A DNA stretch of 63,522 nucleotides, counting the filler, from Octopus bimaculoides (lineage: Eukaryota): assembly GCF_001194135.2 (NCBI RefSeq). It is 6 parts of 6 records of this genome, joined end to end, with 100 filler letters (N's around TTAATTAATTAA, not from the genome) between each part and the next. Parts side by side here need not be neighbours in the genome. Positions count along the whole stretch, not along the records: positions 1 to 27,475 come from NC_068988.1; positions 27,576 to 44,607 come from NC_068997.1; 4 more parts are not named here. One strand, given 5' to 3'. The notes beneath the pieces were generated by a model, which searched no databases, was not told the DNA's origin, and saw nothing but the letters and a program-made list of their open reading frames with translations. The translations under genes were made by a program, and so were the position numbers. Positions 22,670 through 34,345 of this stretch are shown here, one piece after another; position 1 is the first letter of the stretch, and every line of letters starts with the position of its first letter.

Positions 22670-24340
22670 GTGCAGTAATGTTTACTGATAATAATATTAT
22701 AATGATATAGAGAAATATTTACTGATTACAGTATTATGATAATGTAGAAAAATGTTCACTGATTATAATATTATAATGTGGGAAAATGCTTACTGAATAT
22801 AATATTATAATGTGGGAAAATGTTTACTGATAATAATATTATAATAATACAGAGAAATGTTAATAGATTATAATATTACTAGCTGGCCCCATGCCATCAA
22901 AAATGACAATTAATTGTCGTATTTTATATATTAATAAGGTACAAAATAAGGTACATAATAATCACAGATACAAACATTCACATACTTACCTTGTACATGC
23001 ACACACATACATATTTTCACACACAGTTGAAATGCTGTTTGATATTTTTTCACTGTAGAACTTCCATCATTCCACTACCAAGTTTGCCATCATCCCTTCC
23101 TTTCTCATTCACATGTTGTGATGGAGAAATACACAAAGGTTATTATTATTATTATATTATTAGAGAAAATTTCTGTTTGAGACAGCAGCAGTAAAACCAA
23201 AAAGTATTGCTTATGGTCACTTTAATATAGCTGCCCTCTATCTTGAACAAAGACTTTCTAATGGACTAGTTTCCTAGTTACAAAGTCAGCGATTGTATGA
23301 CAGTCTTTTCTATATATTGCAAGCGTGGTAAACTGCTGCCATGCTTGGCAATGAGTACTCACTTCTGAGGAGACCCAATACAGATCAAAACCATGTGGTC
23401 TGGTGGTCTTGAAGCCAGGGTGACAGGAGTTATCTCTCACTTGCAATAAATATCAGGTGCAAAAAGCGCACTAAATAAACCAGCTGGAGGAAATGTCTTC
23501 CTGGGGTTAAATGGCAGTATTATCGTCTCTTAGAGAACAGCCACATTAAAGTGGCCATAAACAATATTATTTATAAAATCGTAATTATGGTTTGTTATTT
23601 AGGCCCAAAGCCAGCAAATTTTGAGATGAAGTTAGTAAATGCCTTCAGTTCCAGTTCTTGTCCCCCAAACTGATAAAAGGCAAAGCTGACATTGGTGTGA
23701 TCTGAACTCAGAATGTAAAGAGCTAGAAGAAATACCACTAAGTATTTTTCCCCAGCACTCTAATGATTGTGACAGTTGTACTGATTATAATATAATAATA
23801 ATGCAGAGAAATGCTAACTGATTATATTATTATAATAGTGCAGAGAAATGTTAGTTTATTATAATACTGTAGAGAAATGTTCAATGATTTAAATAATTTA
23901 ATAATATAGTAAGATATTGGTTTCAAATTTTGGCCATCAACCCCAACTGGTACTTATTTTATTGACCTTGAAAGGATGAAAAGTAAATGTAGACAGACGA
24001 AATGCTGCTAAGCATTTTTCCCCAGCGTGCAAACAATTCTGCCAGCTCACTGGCTTTATAATATAGTACAATATTAGTTGATTATATTGTTATAATAATA
24101 TAAAGAAATGTTGACTGAATACAAAATTATCATCCTTTCTAATATAAACACAAGGCCTGAAATTTTGGAGGAGTGAGTGGCTGATTACATTAACATCAGC
24201 ATTTGACAATTGCTTTGTTTATTGACCGTGAAAGGATAAAAGGCAAAGTTGACCTTGGCTAAATGTGAATTTGGAGTATGCTTAACAATTCTGCCAGCTC
24301 ACTACCTTAAAATATTACATTATAATAATGTGGAGAAATA
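22670..24340. repeat. AT-rich ~35-bp degenerate minisatellite in two blocks (22670-22880, 23775-24340), interleaved with SINEs
   Basis: Recurring TTTACTGATTATAATATTATAATG..GAAAATG units. Confidence 0.8.
23600..24305 (-). mobile_element. Three decayed copies of a third SINE family (as at 58563)
   Basis: AATTCTGCCAGCTCAC ends and TTTATTGACC.TGAAAGGAT.AAAGG cores at ~23600-23790, 23925-24055, 24135-24305. Confidence 0.7.
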
Positions 24341-25264
24341 CTAATGTGCTACATTAATGCTTTTAGCACTTAAATCAGCCATATGAAACCCAAATATTCT
24401 TCCTGTTTTTATGTTCAAACTAGCCAGATCCAGTCTCTCAAACCTACCCTACAATGTCATTCTAAAAATAACAATCACATGATTGAAATCTAAGCTACAG
24501 GATAAAGCATGATTAATTTAAGATAATGTGAATAAATAAGAATTTAAATAAGAATTTAAATCTGAATGCTAAAGGGTTGATATAAGTCAGTTACTGTCTG
24601 AGCTATGAAGGGTTCACTTTCCACAAAGAACATTTTGTTTTTTTTTTACCTGCCATTAAAGAAGTCTCTATGCAGTCAGTCACCATGTGAGAAATAGTAG
24701 CCAAATCTACCTCAAATCATACTCTGTCATCTTGGAATGAAAGACAGCCATTGGAAAATGTAGTACTAGATAAGTAGTAACTGAGAGAAGGAATAGGATG
24801 GTCACTTCTGGAACACTTTTGATCATGGATCAGTTCGGTCAGGGCTGACTTAGGGTGATACAATAACCAATGCCCATATTGTAATAATTCTGTTTATATT
24901 ATCAGCATATTTTGCTAATTTTGTGTGTATGTGTGTGTGTGTGTGTGTGTGCTTGCATGCATGCATGTGTGTTTGTGAGAGAGAGAGAGAAAGAGAGAGA
25001 GAAAGTATGTTGTCTTTTGTTGATTAGAGATATTGGGCCATGACAATACCGAAGTATTACATTTGATCCCAGTATTTTGTCAGGTACCTGATTTATCAAC
25101 CTCTGAAGAAGGAAAGGCAAAGTCTACCAGAGCCTAAAGGGACACAACCAAAATGTAAAACAACATGGCCAAAACTCACAAAATATTTTCAATCAATGCT
25201 CTACCAAACTTACCATCCTCCACTGATATACATGTATGCATGCATGTATATATGTATGTACATG

Positions 25265-25296
<32 letters not shown>

Positions 25297-25298
<2 letters not shown>

Positions 25299-25466
25299 CA
25301 AGGGGGTGATGAAAGGTTCCTGGTTTTGTGTAAAAGAAAACACAGGAGGACCAGGTTTTCAACAAATTCTTCTCTCAGATTCACACATTTATTGCAGTGC
25401 TACTTCATTTTTCTAAAGGCCTTTTGTAATACTCTTAAAACCAGGAGCTTTTTGGCACCCCTCATA
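25297..25466. mobile_element. mariner-derived MITE
   Basis: Imperfect TIRs TACAAGGGGGTGATGAAAGGTTCCTGGTTTT and AAAACCAGGAGCTTTTTGGCACCCCTCATA, TA at both ends. Confidence 0.75.
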
Positions 25467-26264
25467 TGTATGTAAGTTTGTTTATATATATATAGGTGTA
25501 CACGCATCCCATGAACTTCCCCACAGCAAATTCACTGAAATTTCAGCCCCTGCTGTTCTTTCTGATAAATTCCTCATTTGTGAGATATTCACAAATCTAC
25601 TGAGTTTATAGATACTTCAACAAGATACCATGTTGTAAACTTCAAAAAATTAGGGAAACCAATGTATTTTTTGCTACACAAATCAAATCTAATTTGAGTC
25701 TCTGACAAATTGCCACACCAAACATTTACAAAATTTCAAAGTTCAATGTTTCAATGAATCTTTTGTCAAAATTTATAATGAAATTCAAGAAATGCACACA
25801 GTAGATGTAGGAAATATAAAATAAATTTATGAAAGTAAGTAAAAACTTACTTTCATTTCTGAAGTTCTAACAAATTATATATTTTGAAGATTTGAAATTT
25901 TATCAAGGTTGAATATCTATAGATATCTTGTGAAAAACCTTTACAAGTTTAATGTATTATATGATTTATAAAGCAATGTATTTGAACAAAAACTTCATTG
26001 GAAATTTTATGAGATAAGATAAACTTTCACAACAATTCTGGAAGACTGGAGTAACATGAAAACAAAACAAAGAAACATCTCACAATACTCAACACGTTTC
26101 CATCAGATTAAAACTAGTGGTGTGAGACTTAATGAAATTTGGTGTGATTTGAAGAAATTTCACTGTTTATTTCTTTTATGAAGTCTGCAAAGATTTAATG
26201 AAATAAAGTGACACTTGGTGATGTATTTTGTGATTTAAAAAGGTCATTTGCCTGATTAGTAATG

Positions 26265-26500
26265 AATGATTCACTCACCAATACACACTTCAACCACTGG
26301 CTCACACACATGTAGTTTCTTCTCTTAAACTCTTCTGTCACTACTACAGCCAATTTTACTCCTCTGAACTAGCTGATTTCCTAACCTCTCCACTCAAGCC
26401 CACTCAGCTTTCACCCATGACTCTTACTGTGTCATAACTGCTTCCAGACCCTAAAACAAACACTTCACTCGGTCCTTCTAGAACTGCAACCCTATGTTTT
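26265..26500 (+). mobile_element. Old CR1/L2/Jockey-group LINE C-terminal relic
   Basis: LKLFCHYYSQFYSSELADFL resembles the LFYRYY...CSSELA motif near the end of such ORF2s. Confidence 0.45.
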
Positions 26501-27129
26501 CCTTTATCCTTTACCAACAGATGTGTGAAAAGCCAATAACACAAAACATGAAATTTGGAATCATAACACTGAATAATTTGTCTTACGTTCTGAATTCAAA
26601 TCAAACCAAAGTCAAATCTGTTGTTCATCATTCCAGGATCAATAAAATGAAATATCAGTCAAATATCAGAGACATTGCCATCAATTAACCACTTCTTCAA
26701 AATTTCTGGCCTTGTGCACATGTAAGCAACAATTGTTATCAATATATATATATATATATATANNNNNNNNNNNNNNNNNNNNNNNNNNNNNNNNNNNNNN
26801 NNNNNNNNNNNNNNNNNNNNNNNNNNNNNNNNNNNNNNNNNNNNNNNNNNNNNNNNNNNNNNNNNNNNNNNNNNNNNNNNNNNNNNNNNNNNNNNNNNNN
26901 NNNNNNNNNNNNNNNNNNNNNNNNNNNNNNNNATGTTTCTTTTTATGGTCAATCATAATAAAAATAGTTTTACATTAATCTGATGGATTTCTCTGCACTT
27001 TTGTAGAGTACGATATTCTTAAACAAGAAATTTTGACCAGCTAAGCCATCATCAGACGATAGTTTAGCAGGCTGAGATTTTGAAGTCACTGTCATTAATA
27101 TTCATGTTCAAGAATAATAAATATTTATA

Positions 27130-27452
27130 TATCATCATCATCATCATCATCATTTAGTGTCCGTTTTCCATGCTGGCATGGGTTAGATGGTGTGACTGGA
27201 ACTGATAAGCGAGTGAATTGTACCAGGCTCCAGGCTGGTTTGTCTGGGTTTCTACAGCTAGATGCTTTTCCTAACTCCAACAACTGCAAGAGTATAGTGG
27301 GTGCCTTTTACATGTCATCAGCATTGGCCACAACTACAATTCTACTTGGCTTGGTGCGCCTTCTCAAGCACAGCAAATCGCCAAAGGTCTCGATCAACTT
27401 GTCCTCACCTCCATGAGCCTCAACATCCAAAGATCATGCTCCACCATGATCT
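27130..27452 (-). mobile_element. RTE LINE 3' end fragment with (GAT)n tail
   Basis: CATCATCATTTAGTGTCCGTTTTCCATGCTGGCATGGGTT... through AAGATCATGCTCCACC, same as 9780 and 10310. Confidence 0.85.
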
Positions 27453-27475
27453 TATGTATATATATATATATATAT

Positions 27476-27575
27476 NNNNNNNNNNNNNNNNNNNNNNNNN
27501 NNNNNNNNNNNNNNNNNNNTTAATTAATTAANNNNNNNNNNNNNNNNNNNNNNNNNNNNNNNNNNNNNNNNNNNN
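27476..27575. other. Synthetic scaffold linker: 44 N + TTAATTAATTAA + 44 N (also 44608-44707, 49435-49534, 58417-58516, 60716-60815)
   Basis: Identical 100-base format five times; the 12-mer gives stops in all six frames. Confidence 0.97.
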
Positions 27576-27820
27576 ATTTCATTTCTATTTCCTTGGTAAA
27601 GCCGTGTACTGTCTGTAGTAGTGTTTCTAGCTCGTTGTGGTTTTTTGCATATAATTTTAGGTCATCCATATATAGAAGGTGGCTGACTGTTTTTCCATAG
27701 CATTTGTAACCGCATCCAGTTCTATTTAGCAATTCTGTTAAAGATGTGAGTGCCAGGCAGAACAAGAGTGGAGAGAGCGTGTCTCCCTGGAATATTCCTC
27801 TTCTAATGGGGATGGCTTTC
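27576..27820 (-). mobile_element. R4/Dong-like (R2 superfamily) RT fragment, 5'-truncated at a (TAA)n tract
   Basis: KAIPIRRGIFQGDTLSPLLFCLALTSLTELLNRTGCGYKCYGKTVSHLLYMDDLKLYAKN, open frame; (TTA)n at 27822-27882. Confidence 0.88.
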
Positions 27821-27882
<62 letters not shown>

Positions 27883-29049
27883 CGTTATTATTTTATTATA
27901 TTATATTATAATTTATTATATTATATCATATTTTCCTATATTTTCTTATTTTCCTATAGAATAGTGTGTATTATTTGCAATTGTTAACACCTATTAGACT
28001 TCTTGATACAAAATGATATATGAAGCAATAGCATAAGTTTTCAAAATACAAATTATACTCGAACGTTTTACCTATACAAGAGTATATATGATAAATAAAG
28101 TAGCAAAAGTAAAGAAAAAATATATTTAAAACTTAATCCTCGAGGGAACACTCTGTAGAAGAGAGTGTGGTGAGTGAGTGAGTGAGTGAGTGAGTGAGTG
28201 AGGAGTTGACACTGAGAAGAAGAGAGAAAGGACATTTATTTTGTTTTTATATCCAGATAATCAAAGTATAATCTAGCATAAAAATAACGATAGCGAAAAA
28301 TTGCCAGAATGTAAAAAATGAGAATTTTCATGACCATAGTTAATGATTTTCGGGAGGATATAAAACAATTGGCTATTAGACATATAGTTGATATGAAATC
28401 AACTATGCAGAATCATTACTCTGATGATAAATTGCAGAATTTATTGAAATGTGAGTTTTATGTATTTCAGAGACATGACGTCTGAGATAGAAATAGGATG
28501 GTGCATACATACATGAGTAGAGAATTTCATGATTTCCCCGACATTGTATTGTCAAAATAAAACCCAATCCCTAGAAGTAACAGTATCAAAAAAAAAAATA
28601 GAAAACTGGAAAAAAAGTGGCAGGGTGGGAAGAAAACTAACAGAATTAAATGAGTTCTTATTTTCTTATGTCGATTTAGCGCCAATCTATTATAACTGAT
28701 CGCCGAGGATTTTAACCTTAAGTGTTTCTTCGAACTTAATTTGGTGGAATTAAATAGTGTCGCATTCTAGTTGGATAGAAAATTGCACATCATTAATACG
28801 AGTAAAAACCATCAGTCCTAAGAACTAAAACCATTTACAAAATTACTTAGAAATCATATATAATAACAATGTATGTATTAGGCGCTGCATCGCTGAAGCG
28901 TTCGATCAATATATGTATGTGTGCCTGTATGTGTGTGTGTGTGTGCGTGTGTGTGTGTGTGTGTGTGTGACGTGAGTGTGTGAATCTCTGTGTGTATATA
29001 CATGTATATACGTATGTATATCTATCTATCTATCCATCTATCTATATAC

Positions 29050-29085
<36 letters not shown>

Positions 29086-30180
29086 TCTCGCGTTTGATAT
29101 AGAGACATTCTATCAATTGAAGTTAACATCTCAAAGGATATTGTGCAATATCAATAGGCGAGTCAATAGGTACTGAGAGGCGAAAAATCTCTAGCATTTA
29201 TATTATTTCAGTATTAATATTTGATTACACCTTTCTTCTTGTCTATATTTATCACCGATGATATTTGACATTAGTGTTCGTATAGTCAATAGATAAATAA
29301 GTACTAATCAGCTAACGGAAGCGATGTAATTGCACACAATAACACACACATACACAACCGCGCACGCTTGAACCTACGTTGATGCCTGCGAACGTCGAAT
29401 ATTGCACTTATTTTTAAAATATATATTGCAAAATATTTTTTTTTTAGTACAATTGTCAGCGGTGGTGACATAAACACGTATCAGAACACTTAATTTGTAG
29501 TGATTAATGAGTAATTGAGGCTCAAACCAAAAGCGGCAGAGGAGCCGAGACCATTTATCGCAGGTGAGGATTGATGAGGGATGAGTCGCTCTTTGCCTCT
29601 TCGACTTCTGATTTCTGGTTCTTGACGTTTGTTGTTTTCCATCTGGCCACTTCTCTTGACTTTTATACTTTCTGTATCATAAACAGCATTTCGTAATGTT
29701 TACATATATAAATTTGGAGAGTTATAGCTTCGAACGAACAAACTTCGAGAGATAGTGGACATACAGAGTAAACAATCGACGAAGACAAGCAGTAAGGGTC
29801 GTTAGCCCAAGACTAATTGTAATAGGTAATGCTGCGAGAATTTTTGAAAAGATATAGAATAAATACAAGAGAAGAAAATAGTAGAAGAGAAAAAAGAGAG
29901 TAAAAATATCGAGAGGTGAGAAAAATGACATCCATATATGTATATGCATATNNNNNNNNNNNNNNNNNNNNNNNNNNNNNNNNNNNNNNNNNNNNNNNNN
30001 NNNNNNNNNNNNNNNNNNNNNNNNNNNNNNNNNNNNNNNNNNNNNNNNNNNNNNNNNNNNNNNNNNNNNNNNNNNNNNNNNNNNNNNNNNNNNNNNNNNN
30101 NNNNNNNNNNNNNNNNNNNNNNNNNNNNNNNNNNNNNNNNNNNNNNNNNNNNNNNNNNNNNNNNNNNNNNNNNNNNATAA

Positions 30181-30581
30181 GCGTAGGCGTGGCTATGTGG
30201 TGAGAAGTTTGCTTACCTACCCCATGGTTCAGCGTCTAAGTGTCTTCTGCTATGGCCTCGGGCCGAACAATACCTTGTGACTGGATCTGGTAGATGGAAG
30301 TTGAAAGAAGCCCGCCATGTATTTATGTATATATATTTGTGTGTGTGCGTGTGTGTGTGTATGTGTGTGTGTGTGTATGTGAGTGTGTGTGTATGTGAGT
30401 GTGTGCCTTTGCGTATATGATTGTCCCCCACCCCCAATATTGCTCTCCAACAAGTGTTGGTGTGTCTATATCTCCGAAATTTAGCAGTTCGGCAAAATGG
30501 ACCGATAGAATAGATACTAGACTTACAAACAAAGAATCTTGGGGTCGAATTCGTCGAATAAAGGCGAAACGTGTAAAAGAG

Positions 30582-30585
<4 letters not shown>
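30181..30585 (+). mobile_element. Full-length CORE-type octopus SINE with internal (TA)(TG) microsatellite
   Basis: Head, GAAAGAAGCCCG, TG tract, 3' body (...GACCGATAGAATA...GGGGTCGA...) and TAAAAGAG tail. Confidence 0.85.
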
Positions 30586-30625
<40 letters not shown>

Positions 30626-31372
30626 TCACACATACATAATTGAAAATTCGTATGGCAGATGCTCAAACGAAAAGTAAACAATACACAGAAAAACAGAAAA
30701 ACGTATAATTATTACACAAAATGACGAAAAACAGATACATACGGTCCCTAATTCTTCATCAATTGTGTTCTAGATGGTATTAGATGTGGCGACAATGGGA
30801 GTCTTTTACAGCAAATTGGTAAAAGCTGGCTAGCAAACGCTATTACCAAATGAATTACATTCCTGAAGTCTGATTTAGATAGTATATCTGACTGTCTTGG
30901 ATATTTTTACAAAATTAGGTCATTTAGTATTACTTTATCCATTATAGTTTTTGCAGTAGGGTGCAATTTGATGGAAATGTAATTGCTTTCTTCTACGGGT
31001 TCAATGGTCGCATTGAAAAGTTCAGATGTGTCTAACTTGGTTATGAATATGATCGAACACAGCTTCGATAGAAGTTCGTGCTTCCAACACATTTAGCAAA
31101 ACGACTGGAAGTACCAGAGACCAAATCTAGAAGAATGACGCATATGATTACATACATATGAATATTTTCAAAGAAACGATTTATCGGCGATATATTGCGC
31201 CATTTTGAATCAGATATGGTCGTATGCCAACATTGATTATGTACATACACTTCCTTGCTAAACCTAGAAGCACATCAGTATATATACTTAAATACATAAC
31301 CTTGTATACGTGCATATAAACACGAAACACGAAAGAACATGCACACTCACGCACAAGTACATATACACACAC

Positions 31373-31415
<43 letters not shown>

Positions 31416-32031
31416 ACACACACACATACACGTACAAGTCTTGACTTTGGGTTATCTTAAATCAAATATTATGTAGCCAAATACTTATTGTGAGTTCACT
31501 ACACCATATCTATATGTATAAATGCTTCTACAAAACGATGAAATCAAAAATCGTTATACTAGAAGTTCCATGCGTTCCAAGGCAAAAATAATTTAGAACG
31601 TGAATATTTTTTTTTTCTATTGGAAATTGCATTTCCAAGTCTGCATAACGCTCGATAAAAATTAGGAAAGATTGCTACAGTTAGAAATATTTGATTATTT
31701 ATAAATGTATGTCATGTCAATTATTAATTTTATTAAATCTGATTGTAGTTGTGCGCTCAATGAGGCCGAAGATGTTAACGATTATATCTCTGTACATTAT
31801 ATACTTTCTCATATTTCTCCTGCTTTCTCTCTCTTGATATAGACATATATGTATATACATACGCACACATGCTCGCACAAGCACACACATACACACACAC
31901 ACACACACAAACACACACGTATGTATATGTACATATTAATAATCGGTANNNNNNNNNNATATATATATATATGTATATAGGTATGTATCTCTTATTTTCT
32001 GTCTCTGTCTCCCTCCTCTCTCGATATGTAT

Positions 32032-32063
<32 letters not shown>

Positions 32064-32387
32064 ATGCGTGTGTGTATGCCAGTGGGGGGTGCATGGTGAT
32101 ATAAGGTTTAGTATGCGTCGAAAGTAATGAGCATCATTTGAATATCGTATTTATTGAGGAATCCATCCAGCAACTCATCCATACATGCGTAGATACTTAC
32201 ATACACGCATACATGCATACATACGTACGTGCCTGCATGCAAACACACTCGCACATAGACACACACACACACATAGATCTATATATGTAGACCCCTCTTA
32301 AAGGTCTATAACAGTTTTGTCTTAATTACAGTCAACCACACAGTAATTTTCCTTTGTTTAACGGTCATTTTTCCCAGGAATTTTCAA

Positions 32388-32458
32388 TGACCGGACGACT
32401 GAAGAGATGTTGGCGTGGGTTCCCACTCCGGCATCCGAAACTCGGAGTCTTATCATGG
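32388..32458 (+). ncRNA. Hammerhead-like motif with extended stem II
   Basis: CTGAAGA (32399-32405), GATGTTGG/CCGGCATC stem with inner GTGGG/CCCAC hairpin, GAAAC (32437-32441), ACT-CGG-AGT stem III, GTC triplet; stem I only partly paired. Confidence 0.5.
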
Positions 32459-33321
32459 CTACCGAATAAGTGTCACATATTTTTACAGATAAATTCGTCT
32501 ATTTACATAATATTGAGGTCTCTTTCTTTCTTTTGTAGCCCTTTCTATCAATACACACACACGCACTCACACGCACACACACACGCACACACACACGCAC
32601 GCACACATATATATATATATATGCAGACATATATATATAGGCATATATTTGAATAGAGAGAGAGAGAGACAGAGAGATAAACACACACACACACATACGC
32701 NNNNNNNNNNNNNNNNNNNNNNNNNNNNNNNNNNNNNNNNNNNNNNNNNNNNNNNNNNNNNNNNNNNNNNNNNNNNNNNNNNNNNNNNNNNNNNNNNNNN
32801 NNNNNNNNNNNNNNNNNNNNNNNNNNNNNNNNNNNNNNNNNNNNNNNNNNNNNNNNNNNNNNNNNNNNNNNNNNNNNNNNNNNNNNNNNNNNNNNNNNNN
32901 NNNNNNNNNNNNNNNNNNNNNNNNNNNNNNNNNNNNNNNNNNNNNNNNNNNNNNNNNNNNNNNNNNNNNNNNNNNNNNNNNNNNNNNNNNNNNNNNNNNN
33001 NNNNNNNNNNNNNNNNNNNNNNNNNNNNNNNNNNNNNNNNNNNNNNNNNNNNNNNNNNNNNNNNNNNNNNNNNNNNNNNNNNNNNNNNNNNNNNNNNNNN
33101 NNNNNNNNNNNNNNNNNNNNNNNNNNNNNNNNNNNNNNNNNNNNNNNNNNNNNNNNNNNNNNNNNNNNNNNNNNNNNNNNNNNNNNNNNNNNNNNNNNNN
33201 NNNNNNNNNNNNNNNNNNNNNNNNNNNNNNNNNNNNNNNNNNNNNNNNNNNNNNNNNNNNNNNNNNNNNNNNNNNNNNNNNNNNNNNNNNNNNNNNNNNN
33301 NNNNNNNNNNNNNNNNNNNNN

Positions 33322-33322
33322 N

Positions 33323-33370
<48 letters not shown>

Positions 33371-33372
33371 TT

Positions 33373-33437
<65 letters not shown>

Positions 33438-33442
33438 TGTTG
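33322..33442. repeat. (CAG)n(TAG)n compound microsatellite
   Basis: Direct reading. Confidence 0.97.
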
Positions 33443-33744
33443 TAGGTTGTAGATTTCTGTTCATATTTCATTCACTATCTGTCTGTCCTCTTTCGAGTCA
33501 CTTTAAGACTTTACTCTCCATGAAATCAATGTTTGTACGGCGCCAGTATTTTTGCGATATGCATCAAAAATCAGTATACGAGTTAGGTTTAGATAGAATT
33601 TAGGGTTTCCGTACATATTTGTAGTTATACGAATTTTATTCCATTGATTTCTAAATATATGAGTCATTCATGCATATTTCCCTCATTATGGAATTTATAA
33701 CTATTTTCATTCAACGAGAAATATATTAACAACAGTATAGGCAG

Positions 33745-34345
33745 GACAATGACTGCATGGATAAGAAGCTCGCTTTGCTGCCACATGGTTTTGAGTTCAA
33801 TCTCAGTGCATACTATAGTGAGCAAAAAATACTACTACTCTAGGGCTAGGAAGAACTATGACTTGTGATTGACTTTGGTCGACGGGGAGTGTGATTTATA
33901 TTCAACTGTGATATATATATATATATATATATATANNNNNNNNNNNNNNNNNNNNNNNNNNNNNNNNNNNNNNNNNNNNNNNNNNNNNNNNNNNNNNNNN
34001 NNNNNNNNNNNNNNNNNNNNNNNNNNNNNNNNNNNNNNNNNNNNNNNNNNNNNNNNNNNNNNNNNNNNNNNNNNNNNNNNNNNNNNNNNNNNNTATATAT
34101 ATGTATATATGTGTGTGTATGTGTAAACATGCACACATGTATGTGTGTGGCTATGGGCTTCTTTCTTTTCACACCTTGACAACCATTGGCTTGTTTACGT
34201 TGCTGTATCTTAGGGAATCGACAAAGGAGATCAATAGAATAATACTAGACTTAAAATAGCAAGTACCGCGGCGATATCTTTCATTAAATTCTTGAAGACT
34301 TTGTCCCAACATGGTCAGAGGTCGATGACTGAAACGTGTAAAAAC
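33745..34345 (+). mobile_element. Degenerate CORE-type SINE split by an N gap at its microsatellite
   Basis: Head at 33745-33910; 3' body at 34170-34345 ending GACTGAAACGTGTAAAA. Confidence 0.7.

Noticed and set aside
25829-25856. 12-bp perfect hairpin ATGAAAGTAAGT/ACTTACTTTCAT
   Set aside because: Short AT-rich inverted repeats are expected by chance at this length and composition.
27520-27531. Recurrent TTAATTAATTAA motif as a regulatory or recombination site
   Set aside because: Always centred in exactly 44+44 N; a synthetic scaffolding linker.
30907-31092. ORF MCWKHELLSKL... and similar 60-100 aa ORFs at 35907, 41682, 58086
   Set aside because: No motifs or consistent splice signals; lengths are within random expectation.
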